A DNA stretch of 64,000 bases from Microthyrium microscopicum (Eukaryota): positions 3,072,627-3,136,626 of the forward strand of contig MU004230.1 of NCBI GenBank assembly GCA_010405405.1. Reading direction: 5' to 3'. Of this stretch, positions 22,569 to 35,689 are shown one piece after another. Made by a program: the position numbers and the translations under genes. The notes under the pieces are model-generated. The model was not told the DNA's origin. It made no database searches and saw nothing but the letters and a program-made list of their open reading frames with translations. Every line of letters begins with the position of its first letter. Within the stretch, counting starts at the first letter, position 1.

Positions 22569-24008
22569 CTACTCAGCCACCCAAACAGCGGCCATACCCA
22601 TACCAGTTCCGACACACATACTCGTGACACCAATAGATTTGCCAGTTCGCTTAAGCTCGTAGAGTAATGTGGATACTTGACGAGCACCAGTCATACCGAG
22701 TGGATGACCGAAAGCAATGGCACCACCCTTGGGGTTGATCTTCTCATAGTCCAGTCCAAGCTCATTAGCACACCACAAGCACTGAGAGGCGAAAGCCTCG
22801 TTGATCTCAAAGATATCAACAGCGTTCTTATCGATGCCAGCCTTCTGTAGAGCCACTGGAATAGCCTTCCAGGGTCCAATTCCCATAAGTAGTGGTGGCA
22901 CACCGACGATCGAGGCAGTTACGTACTTGCCCAAGATCTTTTGGCCGAGCTTTTCGGCTGTTGAACGCTTCATGAGAAGAACAGCAGCGGCACCGTCAGA
23001 AATTTGGGAAGCGTTACCACCGTGGATGGAACCGTCTTTGGCGAAGGCCGGTCGGATCTTGCCGAGAGATTCGGCGGTGACACCTTTGCGCACTCCATCA
23101 TCTTCGCGGACGGTGATGGTCTTTTCTTCTCCCGACTTGGGGTCAGCCCACTTCACTTCGAGAGGGGCGATCTCCTGGTCGAAGAGACCGGCTTTTTGAG
23201 CAGCTTCTGCCTTTTGGAATGACTTGGCGGCGAAGGCATCCTGTGCGGCACGGCTGATGCCACGGTCCTTGGCCATGTTTTCGGATAGGACACCCATGGG
23301 GACTTTGCAGTTGGCGGCTTCTGTGAACTCTTCAAGCTTGTCGGAGAACTCTGAAACGGCACCTGGTCTGCTTGAATGTTAGTAGCTCTCTTCATCTTTG
23401 ATTTTTTGGACATTCGAAATAATAGATGAATGAACTAGCAAGCTGAGCATGCTATCACATGCCAATCATGCATTCTGACAATGGGTTCAACTTACCCATA
23501 TTGAGTGGTCATGCTTTCAACACCAGCACCAATACCAATATCAATCATGCCGGCCTTGATAGCATTGGCAATATCGACACATGCCTGGAGACCTGAAGAA
23601 CATTGTCTGTTCAAGCTCTTGACTGCTGTATCAGCGGGGAAGCCAGCGGCGAGGGCAGCAGCTCGGAATTCGGTAGCACCACCACCTGGAGCAAGAACCG
23701 TGCCAACAGCGATATCTTCGACGAGGGAAGGATCGATTGCGGAGCGCTGGATAAGAGCCTTGAAGGCACCGAGGAGGAGGTCAGCGGCGAATGTGTCTTT
23801 GAAGCCACCCTTTCCGCCCTTGGTGATGGGAGTTCGGAGCGCGCATGTTACGACAATCTACAGAATGCAATTAGTCTCATTTTTCTAAATGCCACACATA
23901 TTCTTCCTCTGCACTTACATCGTCGGGGTTCTTTTGTTCGAGCTTGGCCTTGCCGCCGACACCGACTTGCGATGTCAGAGCTTGTAGTCTTTCTCGTGCT
24001 GAAGACAT
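22569..24008 (-). CDS. POT1: Peroxisomal 3-ketoacyl-CoA thiolase
   Basis: Exons 24008-23919, 23857-23496, 23367-22569. PTS2-like RLQALTSQV, NRQCSSG, EINEAFASQ, GAIAFGHPLG, SMCVGTG. Confidence 0.93.
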
Positions 24009-24166
24009 TGTGATTGTGTGATGTTTTGGGGAGGGAGGTGATGAAGAGAGTTTGGCAAGAGATATTCGAGAGAGAGAAAACTACAAAATAGATACTACCG
24101 ACAGATTAAAAAGCTCAAGGTGGTGTAAATGCCCTCGTTGCGCGCGTGAATGATGTTAATGGCTGG

Positions 24167-24503
24167 CCGAGGCATTCCTGATTGGGCATAGCGCTGAGCG
24201 GCAAGCTACCAAAGTGGCTAAATTCACATGCCAGAACTTTTTGATCGTTGCACTTTTGCAGCTGCTTTGATCAACTGACAGCTCTTATTTTATCGTTTGC
24301 AGTACAGCTGTGATTGTTTCTGAGCCAGTTCGTAACGTCACCAGTACATTTTTGTAAACAATAGCAGGCAACTGTCACATGGGTGCCGCAGTACATTCCA
24401 ATTGATCTTCATACTTCAAAGCTAGGATCATGTGCGAGCGCATTATAAATGTTGAGAAATCTTTAAATCTATACTTTGACTATGGGTGTATAGACTCCCG
24501 AGG
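24167..24503. promoter_or_regulatory. Two CCGAGG (FarA/Ctf1-type fatty-acid response) cores upstream of the thiolase
   Basis: CCGAGG at 24167-24172 and 24498-24503 in the divergent thiolase/TRM732 intergenic region. Confidence 0.45.
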
Positions 24504-24782
24504 TCAATATCAAATCTGATAGCTCCAGGGTTTTCTCGCACGTACTAAGACATTCTTTATGTATCATCTTCCTTCTGATAGATCTGATCTGATGGCGTTT
24601 CTACACACGTGGCGAACTAAAACATCTCCGATCGATAAGATCAAGATCCGATAAATCAACTTCATCGCGTGTACTTGCCGGTTTAATTTCTTCCATCAAC
24701 ACAACATCGATATCAAAATCTTTGAGAACACGCCTGTTGCTCACGCAAAATACAAACATGATAAGAGCGTGGGAAAGAGGTC

Positions 24783-27700
24783 ATGGAACGCGATACAACC
24801 ATTTTCACCGAGCAAGAGCTTCGTGATATCGTGAAGACCTTCAGCGTCCCTGCAAATAAATCGCCGTCATGGAACGAAAATATTCTAGCTTCACTTCTCA
24901 AGGCTATTCGAACGGCTTCCTCGCCAGATGTTAATGGCAATCAGGCCGCTGTCGGCATTAGTGCTGTATCCGCGATACTCCAATCCCAGAAAGAAAATCC
25001 CGCCTTGAGAAGTGCTCTATGGGAGAACCAACTTTGGGTTTCGAGTCTCAACATATATGTCTTAAAATTAGACTCCGTCAAGGGTAAATCTTTGCGTCAC
25101 TTATTAGGAGTTCTATTGGATCTACTCCGGATAAGCGACCTGCCCCAAGATACCAAATCTGCACTTCTTCAAGACATCACCAGACCTTTACTAGGTGGCT
25201 CTGCTCGGACCAGAGTCAAAGCCTCTCTGAGCATTTTGAATGCATTTCTTCTGAAAGAAATCATCTCTATACCTGAGCTTTTGGGTTGCTTTCAATCATT
25301 TCGGGAGGATGATGATATGGAATCAGACCAGCTTGCAGATTATAGACGTTTCTTTGCTGTACTTTTCAGGCTGGTCTCCTTTGATGATCTTGCTCCAGTT
25401 GCTGGAAACTTCTCTGCGACTTGTTGGAGAATTTTGCGCAGTGATCCGCTATTCCTTGATGCAGCAAAATCAAAGTATGCTGACGAAAGGATATCGATGG
25501 TCTGGATTGAGCCATTGTTATCAAGTATCCAAAGTTCTGGTGAGGGTCTGATGCCATTCAAACACCACATGTTTCCAGAAATGTTGACGATAGACATCAA
25601 TGAACTGTATTTCATGTTAGAGTTGCTAGGTGCTCGTGAGCTTCTATCACGCAAGCCGAGTGCCTCTCAAAGCAATGGGAAGGTTGATGATGAAACGCGA
25701 CGAGCGGTTGTGCTAGCGGCCTTACAAGTTGGCAAAGAGCATGGAATGATAGTTGAAGGCGGTTCGTATTTCAAATACCTACTACGATTGATATAACTAA
25801 ACTTCTCACAGATTCATCTATTGGCGAGAACTTTTGTTTGAAAGATAGAAATATCTACATTTCTTCCAAAAGCCTAAAGCATCTTGGACTCCACCTAGAG
25901 TCCGCTGCTAGACTGTCAGGTTTATCTCTGATTGCATCGTCTCCATCCACAATTAAGCCAATTTCAGGCGATGCTTTGGCTACACTCCGGCAAATTATCC
26001 CATTCATCTTCTCTGAGAATGATGCAGGAGCTCGTGATGATCTGCTGAGCACTATTTCCAAGCTCGTGGCTCGCTTCAATGCCATTCTATTCCATTATGA
26101 AGGGAAAATCGCTAAATCATTGAAGAAGTCCGGAAATCCCAAGGATTCCAGTTCATTTACTGAGGCCAATCTGGTTGTTGAGAGCCACACCAAATTTATT
26201 GGTTGGTTCGCGAAGCTGATCATAACCGAGCTACGACCTGAAGCGCGCTACCCGAGACTCATCTTCTCCCTTAAGTGTCTGAGCTTATTTCTAAAGTTGG
26301 GTCTGAGATGGGAAACGATGTTTCCAGAGACAGTCAGGTCATCCCCTAGTTGGGCTGTTGAGAGTTCAACACGGACTCTGTGCCGAAAATTGGCTGACCT
26401 GTTAATGAATCCGTTCGAGGATATAAGGTCTCTCTCTGCTTCATTGTTAGAAAAAGTTCTCCTGGGGCATGGCCAAGGATTCCTTGATCATCACGATGAG
26501 CTACAGTCTGCCCTCGGAAGAGCAGAATTGAAAATGCTCCGAAGCGGAAGAGCAGATCATGCAGATGGCTTCGCACGTCTTTCCCTGATTCTTTTCAAAG
26601 TACCATCTACGAAGACAACGACAAGCGCTCCCTCGACCTCTTTGATTGATACAAAGCTTGAATGCATCAGTCAATTGGTCCAGAGTCTCGACCAAGCACT
26701 CCAAACCGCGGGAAGAAATATGGGTGAAGCCATCGCCCATCAGCCGCTACATGGTCTATTGCTGACCCTAAAGTTAGTTACGAAAATTTCGAAATGAATA
26801 GTCAATACTGATCAAGCTCTGTAGATACACGCTTGAAGATTCTCAATTGTATACTGAAGCAATTAGGAGTTCAGAATCCACAGCTCGATCTTTTGGAGAT
26901 CTTCAAGCTACTATTGTTCAGACTTTGGAGCGAGTTTGGGTTACTGTTAGAGATGTGCTTTGTAATGACGCTCCTGAAGGTCACGTTCCCATGGACATTG
27001 ACGTAGAAGAGCTTAGCCTCACTACTAAGGATATCCTCAGTTACTCTTGGCGAGCACTGAAAGAGGCCAGGTAAGTGCTCTATTCTGACTAGAATCAGCA
27101 ATGCTAATCATACCAGTGGCGTAATACGAACACTCGTATTGAAGGCATCTATCTCAAAAGCAGGAACAACACCTGGGTGCCTCCTGGAGAATGATTTCGA
27201 CAAACTAACACAACTTACTTTCGATGCTCTTACCCAGCTTAGACACCGAGGTGCCTTTTCAGCCGTAGCGTTGGCATTTGCGGCATGCTGTGAGAGAAAC
27301 TCACGAGAATCTCGATTGACTACATTAGGCAAGCTCTATGATGTATGTTATAACACTCTCTTCAGCAACCCGAACTAACCCTTTGAGTTTAGCAAACACT
27401 CACTTGCCTTCGTCAGAGTGGGAGTACCATCACAAGACGATCTGCAGGCATACCGCCATTGATGGTTGGCATACTATCCGTCGATGTCGACGGCTCCCTG
27501 CTCAAGCGAGCCATCCATGATCTTCAGTCCACTGCAAAGAGCGAAGCAATTGATCTATCCGAAGGGGGTTCTCTTCCTCAAGTCCATGCTTTGAACTGTT
27601 TGAAAGCCATCTTCACCACTTCAAACCTGGCTGGGGTTTCAGAGGTCTATATCCCAGAAGCAATTGACCTGGCTGGACAATGTGTAAATTCCAAGATCTG

Positions 27701-29768
27701 GGCCATTCGAAATTGTGGGCTTATGCTATTCAAGTCGATTATTGATCGATTGCTTGGAAGCACGGAGTCACAGAACTGGTCTGACTACGATCACCGAAAC
27801 ATCTCTCGAATTTCTTGGAGCAAATACCCTGCCCTCCAGACGACAGTATTTCAGCTGCTTCAAACGCAATTCAGCTCAGATCAGGGGCAGGAAAGTGGCC
27901 TTGAAAGTGTGTTTTTAGCACTCAAGATTATCCAGCGAATACCTCCCCCGATCGTTCTGGTGGAGAAGATTAGAAACGTTGTACTTCCATACTGCGACAG
28001 CACGCATTGGCATGTCAGAGATATGGCGGCCAGAACTTTGTCAACTCTGACGACCGAGCAGGATGTTCGAGTGCAAGTCTTCGACTTGCTCACTGAATGC
28101 AGTACCAATTCGCAGAATCTGTTACATGGAAGACTCTTGTGTATTCTTTACACATTAAAGAGGTGTGCCGCACTCGACAAATCAAGCTTTGGTACAATCC
28201 ATGTCGAAATCCTCTTACTTCTTCAAGGTTCTGAGAAAACCCTGCTGCACCGACTCTTGATCGATAATCGGTGCCCATTCACCCAGAATGCCTATCTGGA
28301 GCTTTTCAATTTCCTTCTTTCCTTCAACCTCATCAATCGATTGAACAGATTGGATCTGAAAGGTTTTCAAGACGAGCGGACAACGAAGTTTCTTGATTTC
28401 ATAATTTCAAATTCAAATGGAAACCCAATCCTACAAAAGTCGGCTTTCATTTACCGTCTTCTCACAGACGAGGTTCAAAGCATCCACTCCGCTGCTCTTA
28501 TCAATCTTGCGCAAACGGATGCTAACGCTGCCACCTGGGTACTGTTGTATGTACAAGACTTACTCGAATGGCTCCCTTCGACAAGTTTACAAGTGATTGA
28601 AGAGGCTAGCATAAGCATACAACAAAACTGCACAGAAAATGAACTTCTACAGACAGCTGAGGCCACTCTCAGCTTGATGTTAGATCTGGATCAGGCAGAT
28701 TCGGGCGAACTACCTCAATCAAATTTTCGACCTGATGCAAACTTTTGGGTTTGGGCAGCATCAGATCTCCCTCCTTCCCGCATGGAGACAAGCATTTTAC
28801 TGTGGGCTCGAACATTCTGTAAGCAAAACCATACTAGATCCGATCATATATGGCTATCACTACAGCGCATTCGGTCTGCAACACATGAAGAGTCGGTAAG
28901 TTCCATCAATATCTTGAGTCCAAGTTCCCAACCCATGCTTGAATTCTACAATGCTCCAAACTAACACACGCAGGCACCTGAAATTCGACTAAATGCAACA
29001 AAGGCCTTAGAATATCTCTATCCTCTTGTTCGAAGCGAAAATAAGCCCAGACAGAAGCTTCTCATTCTCCTCTACGACTGCCTTAATGATGATGACGAGG
29101 AGATTAGGGATTGCGCCGCTCTAATTGCCGCCAAGGTCGCCAAATCCGCCACTCCAGTTGTCCCATTAGCGGCAAATTTTCAGCTGGCAGCGACACTGGC
29201 TCGCGAGTTCCCAAGAGGATTGTCTCTAGGCCGCGCTGCAATTGGCAGAATGCTAGATGTGAAGTTTGACTCCAACCATGAAATACAACCTTCAGCGGCA
29301 AGTCGTTACTCTGCAGTGGCTGTCGAATCAATGGATCTTTTCGCCGTAGAAAAGCAAAATCTCTACGTTGATGCAATACGAGAGAGCGATATCTGGAAAG
29401 CCGTTTTGAAAAGAATGCTTCTTCGGCGAGCTCCTATCGAGAAGCTGTTTGATTGGACCATAGAAGGCTTGCAGTTGGTCAATTCTCATAAACATGATCA
29501 TGGCTGGATCACCTGGGCATCCAAGCCAGATGTGTTTACATTCGTTTGGCAGCTAGTGAATGCGACTGAAGTACTTCTTCAACTCTGCCTGAATCTCCGA
29601 TGGATGCAAAGGGAAAATATGCGATTGAGACTATTGGAGGAAATAATGAAGCTGGACAAGACTGTAGATCATCCAGACACTCGACAAAAGATTGGTCTGG
29701 TGCTTGAAAAGCATGTTATTAGACGACTGAAGCTGGTAGAAAGCGTTAACGTAGCTCAGATATCATAA
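24783..29768 (+). CDS. TRM732: THADA/Trm732 (DUF2428) armadillo-like tRNA methylation cofactor
   Basis: Exons 24783-25761, 25812-26772, 26825-27070, 27117-27342, 27393-28895, 28974-29768, all in frame. Motifs CNDAPEGH, SWRALKEA, LRHRGAFS, TRRSAGIP, PQVHALNCLK, WAIRNCGLMLF. Confidence 0.9.
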
Positions 29769-31044
29769 CAGTATGGAATAGTAGGCAAAACTAGCTACTC
29801 AAAGTCTAGCGCTCTTCCTGATGGAACACATACGAATTGAAAGTAATCAATCAGCTTACATGGATCGCCCAGATTCGCTTTGCTAATTACTGGCCACTCG
29901 GTTTTAGCTGTTTCAGCATAAAAGCGTCGCTCGAACGGCAGACTGTGCTAGTCAGTCAGCAATGTCAAAAACTTGATTTCTCATATTCAAATCACTACTC
30001 TCTCTCTCTCTAAAGGGGCAGCAGAATTCTACCGTGATTGTGAAGATGCCCCAAACTGACTGACTGACTCATCAAGTGTTCGACTGTTTCTTGCCCACCA
30101 CACAAAAAATAGAGACAAAAAAAAAACAACAATCGCTAAGATTGTCGGAAAAAACCTCATCGCTAGATAATCCCACTTCTCTAACTCGTTTATTTCTGGC
30201 CACTATTGTGAGGATTGAACCTGCCCCCATCCGCTCTGTTTGGCCTACGCGATTCCAACGAGACTCGCGCCCTCCCATTGAGATGGAAGGGCGCCGTGCC
30301 ACTGGTTTCCCGTTCGCACAGCAGCCAACCGCGTTTCCCAATCAGGCTAGACGTTTGCAGGTTCACCCGAAGATTCTGGGAATGAATCATTGCAACTTCT
30401 CCCAATAGTTAAGATCGAATCGCAGAGAATTTGAATATATACCTAATACTCGGTTCCCACGCGCAACATGATTGTTCTATGTCAATTTGAACTTATTAGA
30501 AATCGCAGAACTAATTTATGATGAATATGAGCCATGCCAAAACCAGGCACAACCTCCACTTTGTCCTTGCAATAAATTCGACCAACTTACTCCGGTCAAT
30601 ATCTAACGGGCTCGTTCACTTGAGTATAATGTCAGAGCCTCTTAGCTCCAAGTATGATGTGGTTTTCGACTCTTGTCCAAGTACAATTTTTATATATAAA
30701 TCCGCTAATACATGGTAACGCTTATTACCCATTCACTGCCCGTAAAGTAGGTTGAATCTAAGTGTTTGTCTGTACAACAACAAGGAATCGAGTACTTCAT
30801 TCCACCTACCGCTCTGCAATGTGTCTACCAGGCTTGAGTTCGAAGCGTGCTGCTAAAATACGGTACATAATCGATGGATGGTCGTTAGGTTCCAGCCTTC
30901 TCGTCAGCCTAATGGATGTGTCTTACATAATCAGTACCCACCAATCCCAGAGCAAGGCCGCCGACAGAGCTCCGCAGCGCCATTCATCTGCTGCAGCTTT
31001 CATCATCTTACCGCTAGCTAATATCATCTATTAAACGCTACACT

Positions 31045-32551
31045 ATGTTTCATACCGGAGGTCTCCAGAGTGGCATAGGTCTAGCACTACAAACATCCAA
31101 AGAAGTCGCGGTCTTCGCTTGTGGTATGTATCGGCTGGTCAGCCCTCAAAGCTTGAATGTGTCTAACATGAAGTAGCTTCTAACGAAGACCCAACATACC
31201 CAGCAAGCCAACAATGGGAGGATGTGGCATTTTCGCATACTAAAGTTTGTACTTGACTTCATACTTCTCTGTCTTGACTGACGATTTCGCCAGGTTGCGG
31301 AATACCTGGCTTCTAATGCAGTACTTTTGAAGATTCAACAAGGCTCTCTTGAATTCACACAGTTCCAAGCATTCGTACCTAGCGTAACCTGTCCAAGTGT
31401 TATATTAATCAGGTATGAATGTGTCCAGCCATAAACCGGAGCTATTCTAACCAAGTATGACTAGAAATGGCCAAGTTACACGAACGTTCAACGATCCACA
31501 GGAGTTGATCCAAGAAGCAGAGTCGCCATCAGCCGCTCCAAATCCCACACCCACTACATCATCAAATAGCCAGAATACATCAAGTCCTCCACCACCCCAG
31601 CCAGGAGCACGACCAATACCCCCTTCTGCCATCGCACAAGCCGCTACACCCGCCGCACCCCAACCTCTACCAGCATCAGTACCACCCTCATCGAACCGAT
31701 CCCCTCCACCCCCGCAAACCACTTCCCCCCAACAACCGCCTACCCGCTCCCAGCCCACTCAAGACTGGGCCGCCCAACAACGCGCCCGAAACCTCAAAGC
31801 CCGCGAAGAACGCGACCGCATCCTCGCACAAATCGAGCGCGATAAGAAGGCGCGCGCCGCCGCCGCTGCCGAGCGCAAAAGACTCGCCTCTGGTGATCAG
31901 ACATCTCCAAATACAACATCTTCTAGCACTACGGGGCCATCCAGAGCATTACGAGGATCATCAGCACATATTCAAACACGATTACTATCTGGCCGGACAA
32001 TTCGGTCATCTCTGCCAGCTACTGCTTCGATATCTAAAGATTTACGACCTAGTATTGACGAGGCACTAGCTGCGGACGATGAGGGCCGCGTGCCGGCGTA
32101 TAAGTTGGCGGTGATTGGGATTCCGCCACAGACAGCAAGGGAGATTGCGCTAGGTGAGGAGGGGCAGACTGTGGCGGATCTGGGATTGATGCCGAGCGCG
32201 ACGATAGTAGTCGTTAGAGTCGCGGGAGCGGTGGATGCATATGCGGGTGCTGGATCAGGGATTGTTGGTACAGTGCTTGGTGTGCCAGGAAGACTAATCG
32301 GTGGCGCTTTTGGAGTTGTTGGTGCTGTAGGTGGTGCAGTAACGGGAGCTTTAGGTTCAGTCTTGGGGGTCGCTGGCGCGGCCTCCGGACCTACGAGGAA
32401 CACGGAAAGTCCGGATGGAGGGGAGCAGCAGAATCAGAGGGGAGTGAATATAGGGACTGTGGGCGCCATGAGAGCGGATAGTGAGCGGGAGGAACGGCAG
32501 TTGTATAATGGGAATCAGTCTAATGTTCAGGATAACAACGAGGACAAATAG
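31045..32551 (+). CDS. UBX-domain Cdc48/p97 adaptor (Ubx7/UBXN4-like)
   Basis: Exons 31045-31123, 31177-31244, 31294-31412, 31465-32551. MFHTGGLQSGIGLA start, coiled coil REERDRILAQIERDKKAR, UBX-like IQTRLLSG...LGLMPSATIVV, C-terminal YNGNQ. Confidence 0.82.
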
Positions 32552-32772
32552 ATGTTCGGCATGATTTGCAGACAGCTCCCCTTTTGGATCTATTTAATGG
32601 CTAGCTATACTGCTTTGTGCTGTTAAGGTATCTCATTCACTCTTCGCCCCGTGAACATCTAGTCTATCAAAAGCAACGCAATGGTATATCTTAACACCCC
32701 CAAGCATCCAGCCGTATCCAATACCCCTTGTCATGATCCAACCGCGACTACCCGGTCATGCTCGCAGACAGG

Positions 32773-33993
32773 TTATATCTCAGCCTTGCCAAGCAAATCG
32801 GCAAGCTCATCAACCTTTTTGTCCTTGTCCGCCGCCACAGGCGCAGCCTCAGCAGCATCTGCCCGTCTAAGCTCAGAATCATCCACCTCCTCCTCTTCCA
32901 CAGTTCCATCATCCTCATCAGACTCATCGAAGCTCTCTTGGTCGATCTCTTCTTCTATTCCCCAGTTCTCGTCACCTTCCTCCACACCAGCCGCCTCTCG
33001 TCGCTCATCCAGTATCTCTCGGATTTTTGTGACGCTAATGTTATCCTCGTCGAAGTTGTTGCCTGTAAGTTCGATCTTACGTAGCGCCGGCAAGCTCAAC
33101 TCGAGAATATCAGCTAGCAACTTGATGCCATTTTCATCTGCCCTAGCGTACGCAAACTTGAACACTTCCAACTTGTTGTTCTGACCAGCGCCCAGCGCCT
33201 CAGTGATTGCCGCAAAGCCTCGTGTTCCCAAGAAGCAGTCGTTCAGACTTAGCTCTTTCAGCTCTGGCCAGGTAGGCAATGCGTTTGCGAGTGCCTTGCT
33301 ACCCTTCGTCGTGAAAGTGTTGTCTTCGAGATCTAGTACCTCCAGACCCTTGACGTGCTTGAGTCCGTTGATGAGTTGCATAATTCCTCCGATTCGGATG
33401 CCGTTCTGTGTCATCCGCACGCTCTTGATGCTTGTGTTTGCGCGGAACGCTTGTTCCCATCCTTCCATTCCGCCGGCCTCTAGTCGGTTGCGCCCACATA
33501 CGATGCTTTCTAGTGCCGGAGCGCCTGATTCTTTCTTACGTTCTGCTAGCTTTGCGAGTGCTTTGCCGATTTCGGTGCCAGCGATTGGCCCCATGCCGTT
33601 GTTGTTGAGGTAGAGATGTACGAGTGGAGTGTGAGAGGCGAGGAAGGGTAGGATTGGTTTGATAGTGCTGAGGCCAAAGGCATTATCGTTGATGTTTACG
33701 GTGTGTAAGTTGGGTAGAGTGAGTAGTGCTTGGAGCAGCGAATCGATCGCTTTTGGGATTTCGTCTACGGTACGTGTACCGAATACCGAGTCGAGGCCAG
33801 CGTATTGCAGAGTTTTCTTGGTCTTGAGAACTTCGGCGAGTGCAGCAGCAGCCTCGACGCCAATTGTGTTGTCAAAGAATCGAATTTCGGTGACCTCGTT
33901 GTTTGCGGCAAGCGCATCGAGATGCGGTTGGATATCAGCGACGGAGTTGAAGCGCAGGTTTTGGCCTTCGAGGGAGAAAATATTGGGTGCCAT
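32773..33993 (-). CDS. RNA1: Ran GTPase-activating protein (LRR + acidic tail)
   Basis: Single-exon 406 aa; LRRs (DNAFG, NNNGMGP, CGRNRLE, QNGIR, LDLEDNTFT) and acidic C-terminus. Confidence 0.93.
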   Translation of the reverse strand: MAPNIFSLEGQNLRFNSVADIQPHLDALAANNEVTEIRFFDNTIGVEAAAALAEVLKTKKTLQYAGLDSVFGTRTVDEIPKAIDSLLQALLTLPNLHTVNINDNAFGLSTIKPILPFLASHTPLVHLYLNNNGMGPIAGTEIGKALAKLAERKKESGAPALESIVCGRNRLEAGGMEGWEQAFRANTSIKSVRMTQNGIRIGGIMQLINGLKHVKGLEVLDLEDNTFTTKGSKALANALPTWPELKELSLNDCFLGTRGFAAITEALGAGQNNKLEVFKFAYARADENGIKLLADILELSLPALRKIELTGNNFDEDNISVTKIREILDERREAAGVEEGDENWGIEEEIDQESFDESDEDDGTVEEEEVDDSELRRADAAEAAPVAADKDKKVDELADLLGKAEI

Positions 33994-34930
33994 TCTGACT
34001 TGTAGCAGGGAGTTTCAAGCGCAAATGTGAGATTGTAGTGGGTGTATATAGAGAGTTGAATGTTGGGTTTGTGATGGAAGAAGCAGCAGCAGTGGGGCGT
34101 CAAAGAGAGAAAGTGACAACAAGGGGATGCCATCCGAAATTCCACGCTAAGGCAAAAAAGCGACAGGGGGGCGTAGCAACGGAAAGTACACTGGGGCAAA
34201 CCACCACGCTATTTATCTTCATTGCCGTCCATTCCATTGTTCGCAACATTGAAGCATATGTTATATTTAAAAATATGCTAGAATTCAAGTTCTCTTTTGG
34301 AAGAAAGCAAAAGGCCAAGTAATTACCATATGCCATCTTCATGTAGCTCAACTTCAATGTTGTTCAAAAACATAAACTTTAGTGGTATACTTATATGCTC
34401 TACAGTAAATTTTCAAGCTTGACCTTTTATATATAGATAGTACCCACTAGTAGGTAAAAAAGAAACAATTATGGTTCTTGTACTTAAGATCTCAACGAAA
34501 GACTAAATAGAATTCACATTGGACTCTTCGGAATGCATATGCAGCTTCACGTCGATACAATATGAGTTCCGCATGCGAGATTTCAATAGCAAACCCTATG
34601 CAGAAGTACACTTCTCCAAAAAGTTTCAATACTGCTGCTTGTTTCCGTCCCAAGGTTTGAACGAAACTAGCACGCCTCGTCCCGCAATTCCTACATGAAT
34701 CATTGGAAGCTTTTGATGCTTGTTTCGCTTGGCCAACTACCAGCCTTAATAAGCAACTCTGCCGAGCACCAACAAGTTGAGCCAAGGACTTTTAGAAGCT
34801 GATGAAAGTATGATTGTGAAAAGACTAATACCTATTCCCAGATCAAGTGTCTATATACATGTGTGATGATACATATTTTTGGCAATATGATGCCCCCGAA
34901 CTCCGTGCTGATGCTACTCCATGATATGAT

Positions 34931-35689
34931 CTAGATCTCGCCAATAGCAATAAGAGTCATACCCAGCTTTGGCTCTTCCGTGACTTCCTCTGCTGGTGTG
35001 GCACGCTTCTCGACGGCGGCAGCTCCGGCAGGTCTGGCTCCATTGGCGGCGCTGTTAATTGGGATGTTTGCGCCGGGGCTGATGACGATTCCAACACCGG
35101 CTTCTTTCGTGCCAAGTTGGATCTTTGGCTGGTTCTTGATAGCATCGCGGGCATAAGCAAGTGCCTCCCGGAAGCCGTCAATATCGCGCTTAATGCGGCG
35201 GGCGCCTGGGCTCTGTGCGGAAGTTTCATCACGCTTGACCATGTTGGGGAATTTCTTGAGTGGGTTGAAACCGCCGCCAATCTTTTGGCTGATATACTCT
35301 GGAGGAGCAAGGTTTGTTGGTGCTGTGACCACTTCGGCCACGGCGGGTGCTGGTGTTGCTGGTGCTGGAGCTGCTGGGGCAGGAGAGACAAGTGGGCTTC
35401 CGACTGCTGGTGCTGGAGCTGGTGCTGGAGCGGCGGGAACAGGACTCATGGAGGCGGCAGTACCGGCAGTACCAGCTGGGGGAGCACTGCCTGGGGCAAC
35501 GGCACCATTCTGGGCTCCAGATGCAAGAGTTTGTAGGATTTCGCTGGCTCGTTCTGGTGTACCTCCGAAAGAAATCTCACCATCACCGACTACCAATGCG
35601 GGTGAGTAGGCGCCAAGGTTGATGTTGAGGGGAAGGGCAGATGCTACAAGAGCAGTCGCAAGAGCGACGAGGACGTGTTGAGGCAACAT
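34931..35689 (-). CDS. Secreted Ala/Pro-rich protein of unknown function
   Basis: 252-aa ORF with signal peptide, LPLNINLGAYSPALVVGDGEISFGG segment and several KR dibasic sites. Confidence 0.8.
   Translation of the reverse strand: MLPQHVLVALATALVASALPLNINLGAYSPALVVGDGEISFGGTPERASEILQTLASGAQNGAVAPGSAPPAGTAGTAASMSPVPAAPAPAPAPAVGSPLVSPAPAAPAPATPAPAVAEVVTAPTNLAPPEYISQKIGGGFNPLKKFPNMVKRDETSAQSPGARRIKRDIDGFREALAYARDAIKNQPKIQLGTKEAGVGIVISPGANIPINSAANGARPAGAAAVEKRATPAEEVTEEPKLGMTLIAIGEI

Noticed and set aside
29995..30408. (CT)n, (ACTG)n and poly-A runs with overlapping short ORFs
   Set aside because: Ordinary simple sequence; the ORFs lack coding features.
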